DNA of 64,000 nt, from the NCBI GenBank assembly GCA_964457465.1, contig CAYWEJ010000001.1, positions 17,991 through 81,990 of the forward strand, written 5' to 3'. Numbering within the stretch: position 1 is the stretch's first letter; each line of letters begins with the position of its first letter. This DNA is from an uncultured Gammaproteobacteria bacterium. Lineage in GTDB: Bacteria; Patescibacteriota; Microgenomatia; Levybacterales; UBA12049. The position numbers and the translations under genes were made by a program. A model generated the notes under the pieces. That model was given only the letters and a program-made list of their open reading frames with translations, searched no databases and was not told the DNA's origin. Positions 20,325-29,129 of the stretch are shown one piece after another.

Positions 20325-21785
20325 ATGAAATTTTCCCATTGGATACATAGTCCGTTGAACATACTTTTAGTAATTATCTTTTTTGGAGGGATTTTTTTTA
20401 GGTTCGCAAATACTCCTGATAAGTTTGGATTTGATAAAGACCCAACAAGAGACGCTTTAATAACCCAGCACATTGCTGATGCCTTTAGCATCCCTTTGGT
20501 TGGACCACATTCTGGAATAGGATCCTTCAGCTTTGGGCCCTGGTATTATTATCAATTAGGTATTTTTAGGTTACTTACATTAGGAATGATCCCACCATTT
20601 TATTACATACCACTATTCTCGTTATTGTTTATTCTTGGAATGTACCTATTAGGTAAAGAGCTTTGGGATAAAAAAGAAGGTGTTATTTTTGCAGGTCTTG
20701 CTGCTTTTACTCCGGCACAACTAGGTCCAATAATTGGATTAAGTAATCCAAATCTTATTCCTGCACACGCTGTATTTTCACTCCTCTTTTTTGTTTATTT
20801 ACTTAAGAATAAGTTAAGCAGTAAAACTGCATTTCTTTGGGGGTTTATCATGGGAGTAGGAATTAATAATCATTATCAAATGCTTCCTTTGTTGATATTA
20901 CCACTGGTTGGATTTTTTTATAAAAGGGATCAAAAAAGGTATTTTATTTTATTTTCTTTATCATTACTTGCTTCTTTCATCCCATTTTTTATATTTAATT
21001 TTCAAACACATTGGTCATCTATCGAAGGTTTGCTTAAATACATGCGTGAAGGAGGAATATATGTTCCAAACAGTTGGACGATGTATCTTACGCAATTCTG
21101 GCCATCATATCTCTCAGAAGTTTTTGGAATAAATAGAGCAGTCATCGCGGTGCTTTATGCAATAATTTTGATTTTTCATATAGTATTCTTTTACAAAAAA
21201 AAGTTTTCAAAAGAATATAACCTATTTTTATTAATAAGTTTAGTTTTGTTTATACACTTAAGGTATTTCAAGGGGCAAAGAGAATATTATTACATGTTTT
21301 ATTTTTTACCTTTTATCCTTGTGATATTCGGTACATTTTTGAGAAATATAATGCAATTCAAAAAATTAAAGTTAGTTTCAGTATTTGCGATGCTCACTCT
21401 TTTTTTAGTTGCACTTCCAATTAATATTTCAAAACTACAGCCACGCGCTGATCAGGCAGAGGCAAGAGGCATTGCTAACTATCTTATTGATAAATATAAA
21501 GGAAAAAATATATCAGTTTATTCCTGTAGTGAAAAAAATATTAACATAGTTGAGGGTGTCGCATATTTTTTATATGAGAAAAGGATACTCAGAGATAATG
21601 GTGTAAAAATATTGCTTATTGCAAAAGGTGATGTATGTGGAGAATTTTCAGGAGTGAATTACTCCATGCAAACCAATATTGAAGATTTGACTCAAGTGTC
21701 AATAGGTGATCTAAAAAACCAAAATATCGTGAATGTTTCCCCATCAACAGTATATGCAAGTACTGTAGAGTGGTGGGGTAATTAA
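20325..21785 (+). CDS. polytopic membrane protein, PMT/ArnT-like (GT-C-like candidate)
   Basis: 486 aa. Its start is one nucleotide after the upstream stop. The first loop has 'FGFDKDPTRD'. Contains 'GPWYYYQLG' and about 12 TM helices. Confidence 0.4.
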   Translation: MKFSHWIHSPLNILLVIIFFGGIFFRFANTPDKFGFDKDPTRDALITQHIADAFSIPLVGPHSGIGSFSFGPWYYYQLGIFRLLTLGMIPPFYYIPLFSLLFILGMYLLGKELWDKKEGVIFAGLAAFTPAQLGPIIGLSNPNLIPAHAVFSLLFFVYLLKNKLSSKTAFLWGFIMGVGINNHYQMLPLLILPLVGFFYKRDQKRYFILFSLSLLASFIPFFIFNFQTHWSSIEGLLKYMREGGIYVPNSWTMYLTQFWPSYLSEVFGINRAVIAVLYAIILIFHIVFFYKKKFSKEYNLFLLISLVLFIHLRYFKGQREYYYMFYFLPFILVIFGTFLRNIMQFKKLKLVSVFAMLTLFLVALPINISKLQPRADQAEARGIANYLIDKYKGKNISVYSCSEKNINIVEGVAYFLYEKRILRDNGVKILLIAKGDVCGEFSGVNYSMQTNIEDLTQVSIGDLKNQNIVNVSPSTVYASTVEWWGN

Positions 21786-21870
21786 CTAAACAAATGATCA
21801 TGAGAGATATATTCTTAAAAAAATTACATATCTTATCCGTTTTGGCACCAGCTGCTTACTCTTTGATGCT

Positions 21871-21896
21871 TGTTGCAAGGGGCAATATTTTTTTTG
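21871..21896 (+). terminator. weak candidate intrinsic terminator after the first long operon
   Basis: Short stem ttgc-aaggg-gcaa followed by tatttttttt. Only about 4 bp of stem, so weak. Confidence 0.2.
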
Positions 21897-22038
21897 TTAT
21901 GATACTACATGTGATTTTTTGCTAGAGTAGGATAATCTTTCTGAAATAAAGATGTATAAAACATTCAGAGCAAGGAAAATAGGTGAGGAGGTCATAGTGA
22001 AACGTACTATCGCTTCTTAGAAATAAGAGTGGTATTAT

Positions 22039-22048
22039 TTGATATAAT
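22039..22048 (+). promoter_or_regulatory. extended -10 (TGaTATAAT) ending about 7 nt before the galE ATG; likely a leaderless transcript
   Basis: 'tttgatataatgtttttATG' read directly. No room for a Shine-Dalgarno sequence. Confidence 0.4.
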
Positions 22049-22054
22049 GTTTTT

Positions 22055-23029
22055 ATGGCTATATTAGTTACTGGTGGTGCTGGATATATCGGAAGCTTTA
22101 TGACTCAGCGCATTCTTGAAGATGGTGAGGAGGTTATCGTAATCGACTCTCTCGAAAGAGGTCATGGAGAAGTTCTAGATAAAAAAATTACTTTTCTTAA
22201 AGGTTCATTGCTTGACCGAGAATTTTTAATTAATACTTTCACCAATTATAAAATTTCTGCTGTAATGCATTTTGCAGGATATATTTCTGTTGCTGAATCA
22301 GTTAAAAAGCCAAGTGCATATATCACCAATAATGTAGTCGCTACATTAAATTTGCTTGATGAGATGATTAACGCTGATGTTAAGAAAATAATCTTCTCCT
22401 CAACTGCAGCTGTATATGGTAATCCTTTACAAATTCCAATTCCAGAAGATCATCCTAAGAATCCAGAAAGCCCATATGGAGATAGTAAATTAATTGTTGA
22501 AAAAATTCTCCATTGGTACCAAATGGCAAATGATCTTCGTTATGTTGCTCTTCGGTTTTTTAATGCCTCAGGTGCGGCGCTTGATGGTAGTATTGGTGAA
22601 AGTCATCACCCAGAAACACATATTATTCCAAATGCAATTCTGGCTGCTATACAAGGAGCTGAATTTAATTTATTTGGTACTGATTATAATACTCCAGATG
22701 GCACATGCGTTCGTGATTATATCCACGTTCTTGACTTAGTTGAGGCACATATATTAGCTTTGAATAAAATTACAAGAGATTCTGGAGGCTATCAGTATAA
22801 CGTTGGCACAGGCAATGGATATTCAAATAAAGAAGTTCTTAGTATGGTTGAGAAGGTGTCAGAAAAGAAAATGCATATTGTCCTAAAGGATAGGAGGCCA
22901 GGTGATTCAGACAGGCTTATTGCAGACCCAACTAAAATTTTTAAAGACCTATCTTTTAAGCCAAAATACTCAGATTTAGAGACAATCGTTTCCTCAGCAT
23001 GGAAGTGGCATAGTCGTAATATAGTCTAA
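22055..23029 (+). CDS. galE: UDP-glucose 4-epimerase
   Basis: 'MAILVTGGAGYIGS' Rossmann motif, 'PYGDSK' (YxxxK) and an overall GalE-like layout, 324 aa. Confidence 0.8.
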   Translation: MAILVTGGAGYIGSFMTQRILEDGEEVIVIDSLERGHGEVLDKKITFLKGSLLDREFLINTFTNYKISAVMHFAGYISVAESVKKPSAYITNNVVATLNLLDEMINADVKKIIFSSTAAVYGNPLQIPIPEDHPKNPESPYGDSKLIVEKILHWYQMANDLRYVALRFFNASGAALDGSIGESHHPETHIIPNAILAAIQGAEFNLFGTDYNTPDGTCVRDYIHVLDLVEAHILALNKITRDSGGYQYNVGTGNGYSNKEVLSMVEKVSEKKMHIVLKDRRPGDSDRLIADPTKIFKDLSFKPKYSDLETIVSSAWKWHSRNIV

Positions 23030-23070
23030 ACCTCTTCTCATTTTGTATTCATTCAACGTATAATAGATCT

Positions 23071-24117
23071 ATGATCATTGCTATTGACACCTCACCCCTT
23101 GAGTCAGGGCATAGCGTTCGAGGTGTTGGATTTTATCTTAAGCATCTAATTGATTCATTAGAAAAAAATTTTCCTAACAATTCATATATTTCATTTAAGG
23201 GAGAATTGCCTCAAGGAAATTTTGATGTTGTACATTATCCGTATTTTGATCCATTTTTTGTTAACTTACCTTTTAATCACAGAATTCCAATAGTAGTAAC
23301 CGTTCACGATCTTATTCCGATTTTGTTCCCCCAACATTTCCCTTCTGGGTTAAAAGGGCGTTTAAAGTGGGAGGCAAATAAGTATCTTTTACGAAAGGTT
23401 GAAACGGTTATTACTGATTCCAATTCATCAACTCAAGACGTTAAAAAGTTGATTGGCATGCCTGATGATAGAATCAAAACAGTTTACCTTGCCGCAGGTG
23501 AGGAATTTAAGGAAATTAAAACCGATTCGCAAAACCTAAGAAAAAAGTATAACCTTCCAGATGAGTTTCTTTTGTATGTAGGTGATATTACTTGGAATAA
23601 AAATCTTCCTTTACTGTCAAAAGCAGTAATTCAGACTAGTATTCCTATCGTAATGGTTGGTAAAGCAATTTCTGAGACTGATTATGATAAAAGTAATGTT
23701 TGGAATAAGGATAGACAAAATTTTAATAAAATTGTTGCTAACAGCTCCTTGTTCAATCTTTTAGGTTTTATTCCAACGGAAGACTTAATAGCTTTGTACA
23801 ATTCTGCCACTGCTCTTGTTATGCCTTCACTTTATGAGGGGTTTGGGCTCCCAATTATAGAGGCAATGCAATGTGGTTGTCCTGTTATTACGAGCAAAGA
23901 GGGGTCTATACCAGAAGTCGGTAGTGATGCTGTTTATTATGTAGAAGCGTATTCGCAAGAAAGTATAGCTAACGGTATAAAAAAAGTATTTTTTTCAAAA
24001 AAACTTCAGGATGAACTTTCACAAAAAGGCAAAAGACAAGCGATGTCGTTCAGTTGGAAAAAAACTGCAGAGCAAACAGTTGAGGTCTACAAGCATATAG
24101 CCAAAAACAATGAATAA
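23071..24117 (+). CDS. GT4 family glycosyltransferase
   Basis: 'MIIAIDTSPL' start and 'EGFGLPIIEAMQCGCPVITS'. Confidence 0.7.
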   Translation: MIIAIDTSPLESGHSVRGVGFYLKHLIDSLEKNFPNNSYISFKGELPQGNFDVVHYPYFDPFFVNLPFNHRIPIVVTVHDLIPILFPQHFPSGLKGRLKWEANKYLLRKVETVITDSNSSTQDVKKLIGMPDDRIKTVYLAAGEEFKEIKTDSQNLRKKYNLPDEFLLYVGDITWNKNLPLLSKAVIQTSIPIVMVGKAISETDYDKSNVWNKDRQNFNKIVANSSLFNLLGFIPTEDLIALYNSATALVMPSLYEGFGLPIIEAMQCGCPVITSKEGSIPEVGSDAVYYVEAYSQESIANGIKKVFFSKKLQDELSQKGKRQAMSFSWKKTAEQTVEVYKHIAKNNE

Positions 24118-25372
24118 GTTTAAAGAAAAAGTTACTCATATTATGAAAAAAGATCCAATTTTCCTTGCAACTTTTTGGATGTTTGTGGCGACTGGATTTC
24201 TTAATGTTGGAAATTATCTTTATCATCTTCTCATGATAATCTTAATTAAGTCCCCGAGAGTTTTTGGTGAGCTTGAGAGTGCAATTGCACTACTTTATAT
24301 ATTTTATGTTCCTCTGCAAGCAGTTTCACTTGTTATCGTAAAGTATATTTCAGAACAAAAAGGTAAAGGAAATACGAATAAGATTAATGCATTATATGGT
24401 TTTTTCAATAAATGCTTGCTTATCTTTGGTATTAGTGTCTCATTAATAATTATTACATTTTCATCATCTATCTCTAATCTTTTTCATTTCTCCTCGATAA
24501 TAATAGCTGTTTTGTTAGCATTTACTTTTATGACAAGTTTGCTATCAAATCTTATAAGGAGTGTTCTTCAAGGGGTTACTAATTTTTTTTCACTTGCAAT
24601 AATAAACTTTTTTGAAGTAACTTCTAAAATTGTTATTTCAGTAATGTTAATTTTCGCTGGGTACAACGCAATTGGAGGCCTTATTGGTTTTGCTCTATCA
24701 GGACTAATTGGATATTGCGTTGGACTCTTTTTTATTAGAAAGTCTCATATAGCTACTATGCATGAGAAAATTGATTATAAACCTATTATAAAATATGGAA
24801 TACCTGTTTTGCTCACAATCTTAGCCACCACATCTTTTATTACTTCAGACATTCTATTGGTCAGGAGATTTTTTTCTGGTGAAGAATCTGGATATTACTC
24901 TTTCTTGTCATTGGTTGGAAAGATTATTTTTTTTGCAGTTACACCGATTACCCTTGTTATGTTCCCACTAGTTTCAGAAGCTAAAGCAAGAGGAGGTAAA
25001 CATTCCCATCTGTTGCTTTTCAGTATTGTTGGAATGATGACGATTATGGTTCCATTAGTATTTTTTTACTTTTTGTACCCAGAAATAATTATTAGTCTCT
25101 TTTTAAGAAAGGATTACTTAATAGTTGCGCCACAGCTTGGAATGATTGCAGTCTTTTTTGCTCTTTATTCATGTAATGTTCTTTTTGCAAATTATTATCT
25201 TTCATTGCAAAAAAATAAAGCAAGTTTTTTTGTAATTTTGTTTGCAGTTTTGCAAATTTTGTTAATATATTTGTTTCATGAATCCCTGGCTCAGGTGATT
25301 CAAATGTCAGTTATTTCTTCTTTTGTTTTGTTAATTTCACTTTTGCTATACTACCCGTATGCAAAAAACTGA
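24110..25372 (+). CDS. polysaccharide/oligosaccharide flippase (Wzx/MOP-like)
   Basis: 420 aa with about 12 TM helices and no soluble domains, placed between glycosyltransferases. Assignment is by architecture only. Confidence 0.45.
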   Translation: MNKFKEKVTHIMKKDPIFLATFWMFVATGFLNVGNYLYHLLMIILIKSPRVFGELESAIALLYIFYVPLQAVSLVIVKYISEQKGKGNTNKINALYGFFNKCLLIFGISVSLIIITFSSSISNLFHFSSIIIAVLLAFTFMTSLLSNLIRSVLQGVTNFFSLAIINFFEVTSKIVISVMLIFAGYNAIGGLIGFALSGLIGYCVGLFFIRKSHIATMHEKIDYKPIIKYGIPVLLTILATTSFITSDILLVRRFFSGEESGYYSFLSLVGKIIFFAVTPITLVMFPLVSEAKARGGKHSHLLLFSIVGMMTIMVPLVFFYFLYPEIIISLFLRKDYLIVAPQLGMIAVFFALYSCNVLFANYYLSLQKNKASFFVILFAVLQILLIYLFHESLAQVIQMSVISSFVLLISLLLYYPYAKN

Positions 25373-26144
25373 AAAAGAGTACTCCTCCTTGTCTATTGTT
25401 GTCCCGGTATATAAACAAGAAAAAACAGTCCAAAGAAATGTAAAAAAAATAGAATCCTCGTTAATCTCACTTGGTTTGCCTTTTGAAGTAATTGTAGTTA
25501 TCGATGGAATTGTAGATAAATCTCATGAGAATGTTAACAAAATTAATTCTAAAAAGATAAAAGTAATATCATATACCATTAATCAAGGGAAAGGACATGC
25601 GGTCAGAACAGGTATGTTGCAGGCGAAAGGATCAATAGTAGGATTTATTGATGGAGGTACTGACGTGGACCCAGAAGGCCTTACAATGCTTTTAAATCAT
25701 ATGATTTGGTACGATGCAGATATTATTGTAGGAAGTAAGCTTCATCCTGTTTCTCAGGTGGATTATCCGTTGTTTAGAAAAATTTTGTCATGGGGTTATA
25801 GAAATATTATTAGATTTATGTTCGGTTTACGCGTAAGAGATACGCAGGTAGGAATAAAGCTCTTTAAGAGGAAGGTTGTAGAAGACGTTTTACCTAGGTT
25901 ACTAATAAAAAGATTTGCTTTTGATATTGAAGTACTCGCGGTAGCCTACAGTAGGGGATTTAAGAGAATCTACGAAGCTCCAGTTAGATTAAATTTTGAC
26001 AAAATGAGTTCAATAACAAATAGATCTTTTTGGAGAGTTGTTGTCTATATGTTAATTGATACCCTAGCTGTTTTTTATAGATTAAAAATTCTAAATTATT
26101 ATAACAGAGTCGGAAAAAAGAAAAGAAGCAAGAGAAAATCATGA
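25359..26144 (+). CDS. GT2 polyprenol-phosphate sugar synthase, Dpm1/GtrB-like
   Basis: 'LSIVVPVYKQEKTV', 'INQGKGHAVRTG' and 'RDTQVGIKLFKR' (GtrB-type D-x-Q-x-G-x-K-L-F motif). Confidence 0.6.
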   Translation: MQKTEKEYSSLSIVVPVYKQEKTVQRNVKKIESSLISLGLPFEVIVVIDGIVDKSHENVNKINSKKIKVISYTINQGKGHAVRTGMLQAKGSIVGFIDGGTDVDPEGLTMLLNHMIWYDADIIVGSKLHPVSQVDYPLFRKILSWGYRNIIRFMFGLRVRDTQVGIKLFKRKVVEDVLPRLLIKRFAFDIEVLAVAYSRGFKRIYEAPVRLNFDKMSSITNRSFWRVVVYMLIDTLAVFYRLKILNYYNRVGKKKRSKRKS

Positions 26145-27250
26145 AGATATTAATTTTAAATTGGAGAGATTTTCAAAATCCAAAATCGGGCGGAGCCGAA
26201 GTTTTAACATACGAAATCGCAAAGAGATGGGTTAAGCAAGGACATTCTGTTATATGGTTTGCATCAACATTCAAAAACTGTAAACAAAGCGAAGAGATTA
26301 GTGGTATTAAAATTGTTAGAGCAGGGAAACCTGATATTAGACATCTTCATAACTCAGTATATTTTAAGGCATTCATTTTTTATAGAAAAATTAGAAAAGC
26401 AGGATTAGATCTTGTCGTTGATGAAATACACGGCATACCTTTCTTTACAAATGTTTACGTTAGAGAAAAAAAAATTGCTTTTATCTGTGAGGTGGCAAAA
26501 GATATTTGGGATAGGATGTATCCATTCCCTTGGAATATTATCGGAAAAATTGTGGAAAGACTCTCACTGCTTAGCTATAGAGGAATTAAGTTTATAACTA
26601 TTTCAGATTCTACAAAAAAGGATTTAATTACTTATGGAATACCAATAAAAAATATAACCATTTTACCTATGGGTATAAGTAGATACAAGGTTGATAAAAA
26701 CAATAAAGAACATCATCCAACTGCGATTTTTGTTGCACGCCTGAATAAGATGAAGGGTGTTGAAGATGCAATTCTATCTTGGAAGCATGTTGTGGCAAAA
26801 TCTAAAAACGCTAAGTTGTGGATTGTTGGTAAGGGCGATGATCAATACGTCAGTTTTCTTAAAAGTCTGGTTGAGAGGTCGTCTTTGAATAATAACATCG
26901 TTTTTTGGGGATACATTTCTGAGAAAAAAAAATTTGAGTTAATGTCTAGATCACATGTAATTATTTCGCCATCTATTCGTGAAGGATTCGGATTAACTAT
27001 TCCAGAAGCAGGATCCGTTGGTACTCCAGCAGTTGTTTATAACTCTCCGGGACTGAGAGATATCGTTGACAATACAAATGGCATTGTTGTTAAAAAAAAT
27101 ACTCCACTTCATCTTGCAAATGCGGTGATTAAAATTTTTTCAGACGTGAAATTACGTGAGAATTTAAGTAGACAAGCATATAAAAAAAGTCTACAATACG
27201 ATTGGAACGAGACTGCAAAAAAGTTCACACAAGTAATGAAGTTATCATGA
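26141..27250 (+). CDS. GT4 family glycosyltransferase
   Basis: 'MKILILNWRDFQNPKSGGAE' and 'EGFGLTIPEAGSVGTPAVVY'. Confidence 0.7.
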   Translation: MKILILNWRDFQNPKSGGAEVLTYEIAKRWVKQGHSVIWFASTFKNCKQSEEISGIKIVRAGKPDIRHLHNSVYFKAFIFYRKIRKAGLDLVVDEIHGIPFFTNVYVREKKIAFICEVAKDIWDRMYPFPWNIIGKIVERLSLLSYRGIKFITISDSTKKDLITYGIPIKNITILPMGISRYKVDKNNKEHHPTAIFVARLNKMKGVEDAILSWKHVVAKSKNAKLWIVGKGDDQYVSFLKSLVERSSLNNNIVFWGYISEKKKFELMSRSHVIISPSIREGFGLTIPEAGSVGTPAVVYNSPGLRDIVDNTNGIVVKKNTPLHLANAVIKIFSDVKLRENLSRQAYKKSLQYDWNETAKKFTQVMKLS

Positions 27251-28404
27251 AAAAATTTATTCATTTTGCTCAACCTCTTTTTGGTCATGAAGAAAAAAAA
27301 GAAATTATTTCTGCTTTAGATTCTGGATGGGTTACCCTTGGTCCAAGAACAAGACAGTTTGAAGAGGAATTTGCTAAATATGTTGGTTCAAAATTTGCAA
27401 TCGCTGTATCGTCATGTACAGCTGGAATTCATATATCATTAATTGTTGCAGGCATTCAGCCTGGAGATGAGGTCATAACTACCCCGATGTCTTTCGTTGC
27501 AACTGTAAATCCGGTTGTCCATCTTGGAGCTAAACCTGTTTTCGTTGACATAGACCCTCTTACATTTAATATTGATGTAAGTAAGATTGAGAAAAAAATA
27601 ACAAAGAAAACTAAAGCTATTATTCCAGTTCATTATGGTGGGCAAGCAGCAAATATGGATAAGATAATGTCTTTGGCAAAAAAGTACAAACTTAAAGTTA
27701 TAGAAGATGCAGCTCATGGAACCGGTGGCTCATTCAAGGGTAGAAAAATTGGCACGCATGGAGATTTTGTTAATTTTTCATTCCATCCGATTAAGAATAT
27801 GTCAACTGGTGATGGAGGTATGATAACAACTAATAATGAAGAGGCTGCATCAAAGTTAATGATGCTTCGTCTTCATGGTATGAGTAGGGATGCATGGAAA
27901 AGACATGCTGCAAACGGATCATGGAGGTATGATATTGAGTATCCAGGATATAAATATAATATGACCGATTTGAGTGCAGCATTAGGCATCCGCCAGCTAG
28001 AGAAAGTTGATAGTTTCATAAAAACAAGAAAAGATTACGCTAAAATTTACGATTCACTACTTGCTGACATACCTGAGATTACTACCCCCTATGTTGGAAA
28101 GAATGAAGATCACATATATAGCCTTTACTCAGTTTTGCTTGATACATCCAATTTAAAAATCTCAAGGGACCAGGTGATCGAGGAATTAAAAAAAGCAAAT
28201 ATCGGTTCAAGTGTTTATTTCATCCCTATTCATTTGTTCACTTATTATAAAAAGACATATAAATATAAGTTAGGAGATTTTCCTGTAAGCGAGGAAGTTT
28301 TTGAAAAAATTATTTCCTTACCCCTTTACCCTAGAATGAAAAAAACAGATATACATTATGTTGTCAGGACATTAAAGAAAATAATTTCCTCTAATAGAAA
28401 ATGA
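27247..28404 (+). CDS. DegT/DnrJ/EryC1-family PLP-dependent sugar aminotransferase (ArnB/PglE/WecE-like)
   Basis: 'LGPRTRQFEEEFAKYVGSKFAIAVSSCTAG' and 'FSFHPIKNMSTGDGG' (Schiff-base lysine motif). ATG overlaps the upstream stop. Confidence 0.8.
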   Translation: MKKFIHFAQPLFGHEEKKEIISALDSGWVTLGPRTRQFEEEFAKYVGSKFAIAVSSCTAGIHISLIVAGIQPGDEVITTPMSFVATVNPVVHLGAKPVFVDIDPLTFNIDVSKIEKKITKKTKAIIPVHYGGQAANMDKIMSLAKKYKLKVIEDAAHGTGGSFKGRKIGTHGDFVNFSFHPIKNMSTGDGGMITTNNEEAASKLMMLRLHGMSRDAWKRHAANGSWRYDIEYPGYKYNMTDLSAALGIRQLEKVDSFIKTRKDYAKIYDSLLADIPEITTPYVGKNEDHIYSLYSVLLDTSNLKISRDQVIEELKKANIGSSVYFIPIHLFTYYKKTYKYKLGDFPVSEEVFEKIISLPLYPRMKKTDIHYVVRTLKKIISSNRK

Positions 28405-29120
28405 ACTACCTCTGGGAAGAGTCTCAATTTGATACAAGACTTTTTGGATTTAAGGTAGCAAAAATTTTAAATATCTCTTCAAGCATCTCCCTTAACGAGA
28501 TTTCAAATCTTGTCAACGAACTAAAAAAAAGGAAAGTTAAATATGCAACTGTAAGGTTTGAAGCTAATAATATTGAACTGATTGATATGTTATCGAAAAG
28601 AAGTTTTTATACTGTAGATATTATGTTAGCGCTGGAGAAAAACGTTGATCTAAAAAAAAAGAAAAAAGACAACGCCTCTATCAAGCCTGCAACTATAGAG
28701 GATATACCTTTTTTGAAGCAAATCGTTAAAGGAGGACTTTTTTATCATACTAGACTTTACCGAGATCCAATAGTTAAAAATTCATTGGCCGATAAATTAT
28801 ATAAAAAATGGATAGAGAACTCAGTAAATAGAAAAAATGCTGACGAGGTATATGTGTATAAAAAAAATAAATCACTTTGTGGTTTTATTACGCTAAAAAA
28901 AGATGGGCATATACCATTAATCGGAGTTTCAAAATTATACCAAGGTCAAGGAATAGCTAGCGCACTCTTACAACAAGCAGAATGCCACTTTAAAAAAAAT
29001 AATGTAGATAAAATGATGATTGAAACACAAGCAACAAATATTTCGGCATTACGTTCATATATTAAATATGGATTTATTCCATTTGGAACATTTATAACAC
29101 TTCGTTGGTCTGATATGTAA
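28401..29120 (+). CDS. GNAT-family N-acetyltransferase (WecD-like sugar N-acetyltransferase candidate)
   Basis: 239 aa. 'LIGVSKLYQGQGIASALL' (acetyl-CoA binding Q/R-x-x-G-x-G/A). ATGA-coupled to the aminotransferase. Confidence 0.5.
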   Translation: MNYLWEESQFDTRLFGFKVAKILNISSSISLNEISNLVNELKKRKVKYATVRFEANNIELIDMLSKRSFYTVDIMLALEKNVDLKKKKKDNASIKPATIEDIPFLKQIVKGGLFYHTRLYRDPIVKNSLADKLYKKWIENSVNRKNADEVYVYKKNKSLCGFITLKKDGHIPLIGVSKLYQGQGIASALLQQAECHFKKNNVDKMMIETQATNISALRSYIKYGFIPFGTFITLRWSDM

Positions 29121-29129
29121 ATTCGATAT

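Noticed and set aside
21997-22020. Seven-codon ORF (GTG-AAA-CGT-ACT-ATC-GCT-TCT-TAG) preceded by a strong AGGAGG, in the gap upstream of galE. Considered as a leader peptide or attenuator.
   Set aside because: Too short, with no hairpin alternatives. The galE promoter appears to lie downstream of it. A chance SD plus GTG is plausible in a 269-bp AT-rich spacer.
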